Below the pieces are notes generated by a model, which was given only the letters and a program-made list of their open reading frames with translations, ran no database searches and was not told the origin of the DNA. Shown piece after piece: positions 25,901-38,000 of a stretch of 64,000 nt of DNA. The stretch covers positions 46,130,001 to 46,194,000 of the forward strand of contig NC_087251.1 in the NCBI RefSeq assembly GCF_037042905.1. Reading direction: 5' to 3'. Made by a program: the position numbers and the translations under genes. Origin of the DNA: Lytechinus pictus. Its lineage: Eukaryota. The first letter of the stretch is position 1. Every line of letters begins with the position of its first letter.

Positions 25901-28900
25901 TTTTTATAATTATCATTATTATTGAATGTATTAAATTTTAATTTGTTTGGTTTATTTCATTTCTATATTCACTTTTGTAAACATACAATTCAAAGAAACA
26001 TAGATACAAATAAATTACATAAATCAATAAAAATCAATCAAGCTTACACTTTCAAATTGGTAATAACAATACAAAAAATATACAATAAACAAAATCATTG
26101 ATAAATCAAAACCTTTTAAAACTAATTAAAGTATATATATAAAAATAATAATATTTACCCTGGGTAGCAACTTCAGTTCCGAAAACTGTTCTCCCAGCGG
26201 GCCCTGCTATTATTATTACCTGGCTAAGCTAGGCTACCGATTCAGGTGCACACAGCTTTTTGAGGAATTATTTCCTGCCGGTTCCCATTTACCTCACCTG
26301 GGTTAAAGAGAAATGCCAGTAGTTGCAGTAAACACTGATTTCATGAGAAAGTCTGTAAAACCAGGCTTAATTGTCAGTATATCATCGAGGATCTAGATCT
26401 GGTACAGTTACATAAACTGAACTTTGTGAAATCTTGAAATCTACGCTGAAAAATGTTCACACTGAAGATCACCAACACAGATAGGCACACGTGGGACAGT
26501 GTATTATTATTGCTGGAATAAAGACCCGACGGATGTGACCGGATCCGCGCTTATTTTGCTTATTTCTCAGCAATTACACAATTTCTTTCAGAATCCTTTG
26601 GCACAATTTTTTTATTCATACAAACAGACACTTGGGTGGTCATTATATTAGATTCTGTAAAAAGTCATTTTGAGATCGTTACCAAAACTGGAATTTATCT
26701 TTAAGTGCAGCACAATGTGGATAAATTTCTTGCTGAAGGAAAACACGCCACGGCTAGGATTCAAACCCACGACCCTCTGTTTGAAAGGCGAGAGTCAGAA
26801 CCACTAGACCACAACGCGCCTACAGTTGTCTATGTATGCTTATAAAAAGAAAAGAAGATTATGGTGGTGATGATAGTTAGGCCTATTATTATTATTGAAG
26901 TTGTTGTTGTCATCATCATCATTATCATCATCATCATTATTTTTATAATTATTATTATTTCTTCATTTTTATTTTATTTTTTTCCCTAGGTTCTGATAAG
27001 AAAGCACTAGTGATTGACACCCTCTCATCAAGGGACCAGCCTGTTTATACAGGCCGAAGTGATGTCTTTGCTCAAGCATTTTCCAGAAAGGTATTTCCAT
27101 GTCTGTGTTGTGTTCAGTGGGGTCTTCCTGCCTGGTATCGATAATTCTTTGTGTGGGTGCAGAACGCCCTTAGCGAAAAAAAGTAAGATGGTGAAAAGCT
27201 GTTGGTAATGGTATGATGGTATTGTTATCAGTGAAATAAATATGTTTCCAATGCAGATTTGAATTTCCCAAATTGTATCAACTTGCCTTAAATTGTGTGG
27301 GATACTATTCCAGAGTCCGGTGCTGCATGCGTGAACCATAAAACTTTGTTTTGGCAGCAGGTACATTAAATAGGTCCTTATGGAGTGATCTAAGATTCAA
27401 AAAAATTTTACCAAGAACTAAAACAATTGGATTGACAATTGATTAAGTTCATTAGTTATTTCTCGCTGCAACTTACTGCATTATAATGGAGATACATCAT
27501 CATTTACACATTTGTGAAAAAAGTGAAGCAATTATGATTTCACGTAATAACATAAGAAAAAGGATAATTGGGATATGACATCATCAGTCCACCTAATGAA
27601 TATTCATAAAGACATTCCAAGAACTGTTTTACCTGAATAATGAAAATCTTTAAAATTCAATAACTTCATTATTTGTTTAAGTTGAACAGATTTCTGTAGT
27701 CTTAGAGGATTTGCCTGAGGCAAATTTATCTGTAATTTTCACTAAAAACTGCAATTTATCTCTCTGTTTCTTCTCCCGATAGAGTCCTATTCTGTATAAT
27801 GGAACCCGTTTTGGTGAGGTTCTTGGGGCTGATCTGAGACTACCATCTGATCGCCATGGTAACATGACAACTCAGCTGAAGCATTGGGTCTCAGTATGCA
27901 GCCTCAAACTACTCAAAGATGAAAACTATGTCCTGGTCGGTGATATGGGCGGAGAGGTGAGAGGTTGTCGGTGATTTTGTTTTTTCAAAATGCCAGTTCA
28001 GAGTACAATCTGGGCATGTGCAGATGTTGGTCATTTGTACCCATATCTTAAAGAAAAATGTCTACTGACATGAATAGAAGATTACCTGACATAACTGTAC
28101 TCAATACATGCTACTAGATTCCAAACATCAAGCCTCAGTGGGTGATTGCAAGTCCGCTGTTGGTGTTAGAAAGACAATTTGGATTGCATTTCCTAGTATG
28201 AGATTACCCAAAATGATCCAGATTACAATATTGACAGCTCAAAACCTAGTGAGTGACTTTTCAGAACCAACTTAATTTTATGTTCGGTGCAATGCAAAAA
28301 AAAAATCATGTAAAAATTGGCCTAACACCAACACCAACCCCAAAAGCTCATCACCAAACTTGAAATCACCCATGATGATAAAAAGCTGGGGAATAAAATA
28401 ACTTGAGGTGCTTGCAACAGAAAGGAATGTGCTGAGTGCTACATGATTTAGAGAAGAAATTAAAAAAAAAATTAAACATTTTGAAAGAAAAATTATTTGT
28501 TTTTCTATTTGGAAACAACTATTGCAGTACAAATGTATTAAAGTAGTGAATTTATGTATCTTCATACAAATGTGCCTATATTACAAGACTACACTGCTCA
28601 GAATGTTGCATTGTGGGATTGCAAACTTGGCCAGATTTGAGCAGTTGAGGACTTGATGTGGTGCCAATACACGGCAGCCGGCTTGTACAGGCTTTAAGCT
28701 TATTAATTGATCATCTTCTGCAGATCAAACTTTGGGACATCAGGAAGCAGAGTTCAATCGTGCAAGAGTTCAAAGGTCACCGCAATGGGAGCCACCATCT
28801 TCCCGTCAAGATGGACTCCTCAGAGACCATCGTGTATGCAGGTGAGAGCAGGGACAGCACCAGGGTATTTTGAAGAGGGGGGGGGGGGGGGGCTGGGGGT

Positions 28901-29343
28901 GGCAATAAGACTTTTTTTCAATTGAATTCCATGAGTTAAATGACCTATACATCTCATTTCTATTTTCTTTCCCTCTTCCTTTTTCTTCAGTTTCTCCCCT
29001 TTTTCCTTCAGTTTCTCCCCCTTTTCCTTGTTTTCACGACTTGAACCCCCCCGTACCACTCCTGGATGAGACCATCATATTGCTAACTATCAAATCTCCC
29101 TTTTTTCCTTACTTTTTAACAGTTGGTCAGGATAAGTACACCCGGGTCTGGAGCCTGAAATCCGGTGACCATCTCCACACCATACCCTGTCCGTCGGCCC
29201 GCCACAGGGACAGCGCCCCCGTGGCCGTCTACTCCCAAGAGTTCAGTTGCCACGCCCAACCTGGCTTCTTCCTCGGCCAGGAGAGGCAGATACATTGGTA
29301 TCCAATGAGGACTCCAGAATCCCTTGACACCGAGATCGGATGA
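13971..29343 (+). CDS. DCAF4: DDB1- and CUL4-associated factor 4 (WD40 substrate receptor), 13 coding exons, about 680 aa
   Basis: Phase-consistent exons: 13971-14640, 15431-15606, 16176-16261, 17445-17556, 17865-17920, 19255-19366, 21676-21728, 22419-22480, 23457-23558, 26990-27090, 27783-27956, 28724-28841, 29123-29343 (sum 2043 nt). Peptides match DCAF4 motifs: EIPGFYYDEEKKRYFRILPGH, SAWTCAWS, SDVFAQAF, PILYNGTRFGEVLGADLR, GDMGGEIKLWDIR (WDxR DDB1-binding motif) and VGQDKYTRVWSL. Confidence 0.92.
14641..15430 (+). other. U12-type AT-AC intron in DCAF4
   Basis: The 5' splice site is ATATCCTTT at 14641, the branch site TTCCTTGAC at 15411-15419 and the terminal AC at 15429-15430. Splicing joins G+AG to make the Glu of EIPGFYYD. 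Confidence 0.9.
16453..16780 (+). mobile_element. tRNA-derived SINE
   Basis: Head GGCGTCGTGGTGTAGCAG...GTTCAAATCCC followed by the CCACCCAGGTGTTAAATGGGTACC core. Confidence 0.65.
16803..17377. mobile_element. MITE family A, copy 2 (DCAF4 intron)
   Basis: TTAA|AGGACAAGTCCACCCC start and the same internal sequence as copy 1. The right terminus is degenerate. Confidence 0.75.
18799..19217. mobile_element. hAT-like MITE
   Basis: TIRs CAGGGTGCTACATAA / TTATGTAGCACCCTG. TGTCAAGC is repeated on both flanks (18791-18798 and 19219-19226). Confidence 0.75.
19372..20004 (+). mobile_element. Helentron/DINE-1-like non-autonomous element
   Basis: Starts and ends in T runs. It has sub-terminal inverted repeats GTCTCACCTGCAT / ATGCAGGTGAGAC, a short extra IR (GTGAGAC) near the 5' end, a (GGC)n microsatellite, about 3 internal tandem units (AAGTATCACTGAACATC..AAGGTCAAAGGTCA) and a small 3' hairpin. 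Confidence 0.7.
20344..21414. mobile_element. Non-autonomous DNA transposon with 4-bp TSD
   Basis: TIRs CAGTCAGTCGGCAAGCCC / GGGCTTGCAGACTGACTG. TGAA is duplicated at 20340-20343 and 21415-21418. Confidence 0.75.
21729..22418 (+). other. U12-type GT-AG intron in DCAF4
   Basis: The 5' splice site is GTATCCTTA at 21729, the branch site TTTCTTAAC at 22395-22403 and the CAG ends at 22418. The phase-2 join keeps the frame (MYAL-YALSGG). Confidence 0.85.
23137..23390 (+). mobile_element. tRNA-derived SINE
   Basis: A box TGGCTGAGTGG and B box GGTTCAAATCC, then the family body. Confidence 0.6.
23585..23778 (-). mobile_element. tRNA-derived SINE
   Basis: Minus head GGAGGCGCGATAGCTCAGTCGGTAGAGCG...GGGTTCGATTCTC continues into a non-tRNA body. 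Confidence 0.65.
24000..24412. repeat. Foldback-like element made of ~20-bp subrepeats in inverted halves
   Basis: The left half repeats TTGGTCTA/TTCGTC(C/T)A and the right half repeats the complements TAGAC(C/G)A/TGGACGA. Confidence 0.6.
24515..24723 (-). mobile_element. tRNA-derived SINE
   Basis: Minus head CCGGTGTGTTGGCTCAGTTGGTAGAGCG...GGTTCAAACCCC followed by the body GTCAGACCAAAAGACGTTAAAAG. Confidence 0.65.
25397..25715 (+). mobile_element. tRNA-derived SINE with an internal ~59-bp tandem duplication
   Basis: Head GGGGCGTCGTGGTCTTGTGG. ACTCACATCTTTCAGTCATAAGGTCGCCGGATAGAATCCTATC occurs twice (~25422 and ~25480). Confidence 0.65.
26156..26820 (-). mobile_element. tRNA-derived SINE (family with CACATTGTGCTGCACTCAACCCAGGTGAGG core), split by a MITE
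   Basis: The minus-strand head GGCGCGTTGTGGTCTAGTGGTTCTGACTC...GGGTTTGAATCC carries A/B boxes. The same core occurs at ~3680, 16550, 23240, 25540, 29465 and 59125. Confidence 0.75.
26307..26700. mobile_element. TTAA-targeting MITE nested in a SINE
   Basis: TTAA at 26303-06 and 26701-04, with imperfect TIRs AGAGAAATGCCAGT / ACTGGAATTTATCT. The flanks rejoin as the SINE core CTCACCTGGGTTAAGTGCAGCACAATGTGG. Confidence 0.8.
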
Positions 29344-29358
29344 AGGAGCGATAGAGTG

Positions 29359-29670
29359 GGAGCTTCGTGGTCCAGTGGTTCTGCTGACTTTTGCCATTCA
29401 TTCAGAGGGTCGTGGGTTCCAATCCCAGCCATGGAGTTGAGTTCCTTCAGTAAGGGATTTATCCACCACATTGTGCCGCACTCAAGCCAGGTGAGGTAAA
29501 TGTGGATACCTTGCAGGAAGTAGTCATTCATGCCTGTATGCCTATGCACCTTGAAGGTAGCCGGCTACGGGCAGGGTAATATTGACAATAAAGTGCCTTG
29601 AGAACTCTAAAGAGTGGATATGAGTACTTTATTGTTTGCATTATTATTATTATTATTATGATTATTATGA
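29359..29670 (+). mobile_element. tRNA-derived SINE at the start of the DCAF4 3'UTR
   Basis: TGGTCCAGTGG / GGTTCCAATCC boxes, the family core and an (ATT)n tail, starting about 15 nt after the stop codon. Confidence 0.65.
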
Positions 29671-30289
29671 TTTCATAGTGCAAGACCGTCCTTCACTTTG
29701 ATTTCCTTTGTTTTCCTGACAGCCTTTTTCCTTTAGTAATAAGCCAGTATAATCTGCACATGGACAGTAAATGTCCTATGAACCAAAAACCCATCCAGAA
29801 AAGGAAGACTATTCTATGGAATACTGGTTGATTGATGGCTGTTTTTGCAAGAGCTCAAAGAAAGAACAATAGTTTGGTAGTCACTATTCCACAGGAGACC
29901 CCGTCTGTGAATAGTTCGTGCTCATCTGCATCAAAGTTTACTATAAACTGGTTTGTGTGTGTGGGAGTGGGTGTGTGTGTATTTGAGTTTTGTCAGACGT
30001 GTATCAATCAGGTATGATTATTTACGTCTGGGACCGACCTTTAACGTCACCATCCGAAAGATGTGGCCAGGGCTCGAACCTCTGCATCAATTTTGAACTT
30101 CTGCGCCTCGGAATAGTTCACTGGATCGATGGCACATAATGAACGCTGTTCTATTATTAACTCCCCCACATAGCTTGGCTTACAGGCGCACGCCACAATG
30201 CCCAGTTGTGGTGTATCACAAACCGAAGTATTATCATGAGAATCAAACGCAAGTATGCAGGTTATATATTGGGTGAAAGTGAATAATAT

Positions 30290-30737
30290 CCCATTTACAC
30301 ATGGACCGGTTTCATTGAGTCGGCCTCACGGTGGCATCAAGCTGTCTCCAAAAAAAAAAGAAAAATGTACACATAGCAGAAAAGTCGGCTTGACGCTGCC
30401 TTGAAGGTGACTTGACGACCCCCTGTTCACACATACGGTACGGCTGCCCACATCAGGGCCACTTGAAAGCGAGCGACACCGAGGTCAATACAACATAGCT
30501 AGATCAATGATTGCGCAAGCTTATGATGAAGTGACTCCCACGAGCCAACCCCAGTTCGCTTTGTGTTTACACATACGAGCAGCCGCCACCTCGAAGGCGA
30601 CCTCAAACCACCTCAAGAGGTGGACCGAAATCGGGGCAGCTTCAAGGCAGCGTCAATCCACTAGAGTGTTTACATATACGTTCAAGGCAGCATGAGGCCG
30701 GCCTACCGCCACCTTCACTCGTACGTGTAAATGGGGT
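30290..30737. mobile_element. Palindromic GC-rich MITE (PIF/Harbinger-like termini)
   Basis: CCCATTTACAC ... GTGTAAATGGGG ends, with mirrored internal blocks (TTGACGCTGCCTTGAAG / CTTCAAGGCAGCGTCAA). Confidence 0.6.
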
Positions 30738-31824
30738 CTATTAAAGTCTGCAACATTCTAATAATCCTACCTAGCTGTCAGGCAGGTAACAATACATGTA
30801 TAAATGAAGGCGAAGACTTGCATACATTTCTATAGAAGTTGATCTAGAGATACCAAATGGTGGAAGATGAAATGATAATGATGATAAAAATAATATGTTC
30901 ATTTATTGAGTTGTTTCAGAACGTTTGACAAGATGACTGCATTTTTAGTGAACTAGTGCATTAAGCTTTATTTGAATTCCAAGCTCCTTTGTAACTCAAG
31001 ATAAGAATGCAATTATATTATAGATATATACATTGAAGGAAGAGTCTTTTATTGAAAGATAATTCATACTCTGTCTTAATTCATCTCCAATTTCTTTTTA
31101 TGTGCTACATCAAAAAGAAGCATGTACTTCATTGCTCTTGTGCAATTATGTATTGTTCTTTTTTTTTGTCAAAGATGAATAAACATATTTTTTGTTGACA
31201 TAACAGACCAAGTCTTTATTTTGTTGCTATGGTTATTGTAAGAAGAATGATCCTTATTCAAGATAAAAGTAAAAATTTGATTGTTCAAGAGTTTAATGAA
31301 CAGCTAATTAAAAAATTACATGTTATATGTATATTTACTGGAATTACATTTTCTTCATCAATTTAGATAATACACTGATGAAACATATCAGCACCACCAC
31401 TTGTAAACTTCTTTCCCTAATACAAGAACACCAAAATCTTATTTATTGGTTATGTATTATCACTTTATAACACAGATTTTAGGCTACATTAGACCCCAAA
31501 ACAGAGATATTGGAAACATAGCTGAAAGGTAGAAATAGCAAAAGAGAAAAAGGAAGAGAGAAATAGAAAGTGAGGGAGAGAGAGAAATAGAAAGAGTGAG
31601 AGAGAGAGAGGGGGAGGGGAAAAATTATGAATATAAAGATAAAGAGAGAACACATGAATATTGCAAATCAATAATTAATAAGGACAAAACTTATTCTACA
31701 AATTTTAAGTGATCCATCCCATCAATTTATTTAAATTGCACCTTTAAATATACATATATTTCTTACAAAATAGATTTTTAGTATAGAAAACTTTGGTATT
31801 AATGTAATTTGTGAGTTGTAATTT

Positions 31825-32525
31825 AATTTGCAAATATATGCACATTTTGGATGCACACATTTGAAAATATCTTTATCATAAAAATTTTTAAAGATGTAAA
31901 CATGAATGGCACAATGTATTTTTTTTGCTCTTCACAATAATGTAAAAATACCACAGATAGTATAGAAATAACAAGAAAGAAATTATAACTCATATAGCAC
32001 CAAAATAACTGGTATCAATAAAAAGGGTGAAAGTTGTGCAGCATTCACCGTTGAATGCCATAAAAAAAGCTCAAATTTGCACTCTAAAATCGCAACAACA
32101 AAAAATCAATTTTATCTCAAAAGCTTGGATATGTTTTCTTCACCATGACAAATTTCACTATAAATGGCCTTAAATATTTTAATCTAATTCAATATATGCA
32201 CATTTGGATACACACATTTATAACATCCTTTATTTTGAAACATGTTGAAGATGAAAACATGAATGGCACAATGTTTGTTTTTGTTTGTTTGCTTTTAGAC
32301 AATAATGTAAAAATACTGTGGCTAGTATGGAAATAAAAAGAAAAATATATTTTAAGCACCAAATAACTGGTATCAATATAAAGGGGGTAAGTTGTGTGGC
32401 ATTAATCTTTGCATGCAATGAAAATGCTTAATTAAATTGGTTTAAAAATATAAACTCTGAAAGTGCAGAGCTTTTATAATAATTTGAATGTATTGTCTTC
32501 ACCCTTACAAATTTCACTGCATATG
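31825..32525. repeat. Diverged direct tandem duplication, ~355-bp unit
   Basis: AATATATGCACATTT..AAACATGAATGGCACAATGT..AATAATGTAAAAATAC..ATAACTGGTATCAATA..ACAAATTTCACT occur in the same order twice. Confidence 0.75.
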
Positions 32526-35190
32526 ATGACCCTGTAAGAAAATGGTATTCACTGCATTATGAGAGTATGGTTACAATGAATTGTGTAGTAAATGGGGGGT
32601 TATCCTGTGTTTAAAAAAGTGGATCAAGGAACAAAATTGTTTTACCCTGGAAATGTCACATTACAATTTTTATATCAAACAATGTATTACCCTATTGGAA
32701 ATAGACTTTCTTGAACGGCTTCAAATACTAGCTCCGGATATCCTGTATAACCTGTATTAGAGATATATATGTACAGACAACTACATTGGAAATTCCAGAG
32801 GATTAATAAATAAAATATAGCATCGTTTTACCCTGGTTTAGAAAGGATACTTTCGGGAACTACCTGTTTTTTAATAACGTATAGCAGTATTTCATATTCT
32901 TTTTCACTATACAATATACAGATACCTATATATTTTTTAATCAAAAAATTCTTGCATTCTGTATAGGGATAATTTCAATATCATGGATAAAGGTAATATC
33001 CATTTTAGTTTTTAAAAATCATGGTCTGCTCAAGTTGAAAATTAAAATGCAAATAAAAAATATGACAACATACAGCATATTTTTTCTTAAGAAAAGCACA
33101 ATTCATTGACAATGAAATTCTAGAAACATTAAACACTTGTAATGTATGAATTTAGGATATATGATAAGATTCCATTCTGAAATATATTGATATCTGTCAT
33201 CAGAAGGGACCCAAACTTAAATTATAGTTTGTAAGTTGTTGAAAGTGTGAGCTAAGTCGGACAAATCAGAAAGTCATGAAATTTGTAAATAAAAAAATAT
33301 AGTAATCATACCTATGGGGGTTTCTCATTGGTCATTAGGTGATGCCATTACAATATAGGGTATGGGGGAAGGGTGCTTATAGATGAGAAAACCACAAATT
33401 CCTCATAATCAAGTACAAATGGGAAAGAAGTTCCTAACACTGGTCACAATTTACTCAGCATAATGCAAATTGGCGATTTACACAGTTGAAGTGATCTCAG
33501 ATTTCAAACAGCCATTACTTCTTAATTCCTTGTCCGACATCGTTCAAACTTTCACCATTTTGCTATGGGGGATTCAAGGAATAAATGATAGGGTGATTTA
33601 TGATAAAATCATGATAATTTTATTGCAAAGTAAATTTTTAGGCATTTTGAACTGTCAGGTATTAAGACAAACTCCATGGGGGCTTTTCTCAACAAAAAAT
33701 AGCAGATAAATACAACCACAAACTTTTTGAAGAAAAAAAGTTGAAAAGATATGCATTCTCCTGAGGGGCAATTTTACGGGCCATTTCTAGACACCAGAAT
33801 ATATTTCCTGTTATTTTGCATCACTGTTAATTTCCCCTAAATGGTACTGATGGTCGTAGGCGGTGGAAGACTTTTTTTTTATTTGAGGTGGGGGGGACGG
33901 TCCCCCCTAATTCTTTTTGTTGATAACCTTTTTTTTTTGGCTTGTCAATTTTGTTTCCTATGCCCCCCCTAAATTCAGGTGGACCCCCCTAAAATTTTTG
34001 TGGTCCCCCCTAAAATTTTGGTTGATAACCTTTTTTTTTTTTGCTTGTCAAATTTTTTACCTGTGTCCATCCCAAAATTTCAGGTGGACCCCCCCCTAAA
34101 TTTTTTGGCTTCTGCCGCGAATGCTGATGGTTCAGTCTTCAGTTTATACATAATTTGAACCCCTGAATTCTACAATGGAACATTCTCAAGCTTGCAGGAC
34201 AACAAAAAGCCATTGAAAATCTCTTGTCAAAATCTGAAAGGGAATAAAAAAAATTCCCCTTTAGAATGAATTCCCCTTACTGAAGTTGTATTTCTAGACT
34301 ATATTCCCCATATGCTCCAAATTATACATACAAATAAAATGTAAACTAGAAGCCTGTTTTTTTTTTCTAATAGAAATACTGTTAAATAAATATTACTTGT
34401 AATTATAATAATACTGCATCTTGTACCAAGGTTACACCCTGCATCTGACTCCATTGTAAGTACCATGCAACAATCCTGGGGGGGGGGGGGGGACAGTGGG
34501 GCATGTCCCCCCAGTTTCGGAGAGGACCGTCTTGTCCCTCCCCCCCCCTAGATGGACCCAGAATCTCACAAAATGATCACCGCCAATGCCAAGCAGGGTT
34601 TACATGTTTCTCCCTGAGACCTTCAGAAAATAATTACTGATTACCGCTGGTGACAGTGAAGGATTAACTATAATTTTTTTAGGCAATTTCGACATACCTT
34701 TTCTTTTCAAGCAAAGCCGAGGAAAGATAGCATGTACATTTATACCTCCAACGAACCCAAGTGGGATTACATGTATTTCCTTTTATATAGGTAACTTTCT
34801 AAGTGTAGAAAGAAAGGGAGTATATTTCTGAATAATAAAAAGTTGCATCAGAGGGAAATCAAGTCTCTCCTTTTAGTGCGTCATGTGGTATTTGAGTAAG
34901 TGAGTGCCAGTGGAACAAACTTTTCTCCAAGCTAGTTGCAATGCACTTTTACCAAAGACAAGCAGTACAACAGATCTTCATTTTGCGCATATTCCACTAA
35001 TGATAACTTCTTTTTTTTCTTACTAAATAGACCATAGATATTATTAACCTGTAAGATCAGCAAAACAAAAACACCAACTTGTGTTTGATGAGCAAATCTA
35101 CAATTTATGTCCATGTGACAGTGGTTTTAACCAATCAGACAGCATCATTTTCAGTATATGGAATACAATAAATATCGAGCACTTCTTTTG

Positions 35191-37956
35191 TTAAACTGCA
35201 GATTCATTTGGTTCCATGCGTGACTTTGCTTGTCGTCTTTCCTTCAGCCGTCTGAGGGGTGGTTCCAATAGTAAGAGCCCGGAGGACACAATGAGAACTG
35301 ATCCAGCTACGTAGAAAGGTAGGTCGTACGAGTTGCTTGCATCGTATAAGGCACCTACAAGAGAGAAACATAGAGAAACAGAGAGAGAGGGAGGGGGAGA
35401 GACAGAAATAGTAGAGAGGGAGAGACACAGAATGAAAGTGGAAAATTTATTACAGAAAACTTTCATCAGTTGGGGATGATCAAATATAGCTGCTATCAAA
35501 TTTAACAATATCATTTTATATTGTCAAGAGGGGTTTTATAATTCACTGGGAGCTAAATATTTTTACGTATATTTATTTTTTTCTATTATCAATCAAGACA
35601 TTTAATTTTACTTACATCTGATTTGCACTGAATGAAATAAAAAATCTTCGCCATTGTATGATGTGTTATAGCGCCACCTTTTGACGTTTGCTAGCTAGTT
35701 CATTGCCAAAATATTATTTCTCGCCCCTTTTCGGCGCCATGTTGTAAAGACAATGTTTCCTCAATAAATGGTAGGCCCTAATGTAATTATTGCGATCGTT
35801 GCTGTCGTGGTGGCAGCGGTGGGATATGAACCCACGCCATCGAAATGACTGGTGCCTCAAACAAAGCAAAAACGACCATCATACCTGCAAAAACAGGGCC
35901 AATAAGGTCCCCAGCACCGGTGAAGGCATAGAAGATGCCTATAGCTCTTGCAAAGTACTTCATTCCCACATATCTCTTCAAGACAACAGGGTTGAGGGAT
36001 TTGAAAAGCCCCGCTGAAATTCCAAATAAAAGGGCAACGAAGACATACCTAAAATAGGATAGAAGGGGTAAAACGATATATTGAACAGAAAGTTAACCAC
36101 CGGTCAGATTGATGTGTTTGTTTTTTGAGAGAAGGGCCAAGAGAACAAAATATACTTGGTAAATCTAGGAAAGACTCTTTCTCTGACTTTTATATATATT
36201 GCATCTGTTTTAATCCCCAGTAAAATAGGGCAAAGAAAAAGATAGGAAAAGGCCCTTGATTTTTTTAATCTTATGAGCAACCACAGGAGCAACTAAGTAG
36301 CAACCAGCTTTAAAAATGTGGAAAGGGAACGCCATTTTTGCGCTTGTCCCAGTGACAGATCTAGAGGTGCGAGTTCATGAATATTCTGTAGTGTCCATTG
36401 GAAGGGGTGCACATTAATTTGTACTTTCCCCATTAAGCTGTTTTTCCTCGATACATCTCAGCATATCCTACTTCTTTGTCAGTCCTATCATTTGAAAATG
36501 TAGAATTTCAAGCCTAATAATTGTTATCAACGCAGTAATCGTAATGAAAGAAGGCTTTATGACAAACTTAGAATTGTCTTTCTAATAGGTGCCTACTGTA
36601 AGGCAACATCGGTATAGACTCACCATCCATATGAACTCCAAGCTCTGCTTACAATCATAGTGGCACCAAAGGCAATCACACACAGGACATAGAGATGTTC
36701 AGGAGACAGAAGATGGAGATCGACTATCCAACCACTCCCCAACCGTGCGATCAGATTGGCGATACCAAACACAGACAGGAGAAACGATGCAGACTGCTGA
36801 TCAATGCCATCGTAAACCGCACTCGCCACGAGGTGCGTTAATACCCCTGTGTAGCAAAGCCCAATCGCGATCTGACAAAGGTTAAATAGGCAGAAGCCGA
36901 CGTTGTTGCAGAAGAGACTGAGGCCGGAGGTACTGAGTCCTCTCTGGACGCGAGACGGACGTCGCTTTGAAGCAACGGTGGTGATTGGCGGATCATTTAC
37001 TTTTACTTTCACTTCATCACTCTGGTCCATGAGTGCTTCACTCTCGTTCGGGCCCGAGCGGTCACCAGGAGCCTCATCACTTTTACTCAGAACTTCTGGG
37101 ACACCTTCATTGATTTGCAAAGTGTTAGTCTGATGCTCTTTGGTATCAACCCTTCTCACATCTTGTTCCTTATTAACTTCTTGATCATCCAATACGCTTT
37201 CTGCTTCTGGAGTGTCATCAAGGCGGGATATTCGTGTTTCTGAATCATCATGAATCTCAATTTGTTCTTGAACACAGGAGTTCAACTTTGTTTCACAATG
37301 ATTAACATCCACTGAATGAGTTAAATTTTCATCAGGTAAATGGTCATTAATTTCCTCTAGATTAGTTCTTTTACTTTGGTCTCCATCTTCGCCTTTTAGA
37401 GGCTCCAGTTCATGGTTTTTGTTCTCATCACTGACACTCGGCTTTGACTTGGACTGGTTTTCCGTTGTCCTACTTTCCCTTGGTGGGCGGAATACAAGAG
37501 CTGCGATGAAGATGTGCAGTTGCATGCCAGATAGAATGAGCATCGCTCCCCGCCATCCGAACTGGTCGATGCATAATTGCAGAAGGGGCGGAAACAACAT
37601 CATGCCGATGCTTCCGCCAGCCAGTGCTATACCGTTCGCTCGAGAAAAGCCCTTCTTGAAGACATGAGCAATGGCCACTATGGCAGAGTTCCTGACTGCT
37701 CCAATGCCCAGACCTTTGACAAAAAAGAAGAAAGTTAAGGATACATTGGTGAAAATAACGTGCACTTTCAAAAGTCACATATTATTATTAAAACTCTTTC
37801 CAACGTACAGAAATACACACCCGATACTGTAATATCTACATTTTATGTATGTCAGCCAGGGCAATTTTGATCCTTATTTATCTATTCATCAATATGTTAA
37901 CTTACAAGGACTACCGTTTTTAATATTCCTTGCTTAACATGTCCTCACTGCTCAGC

Positions 37957-38000
<44 letters not shown>

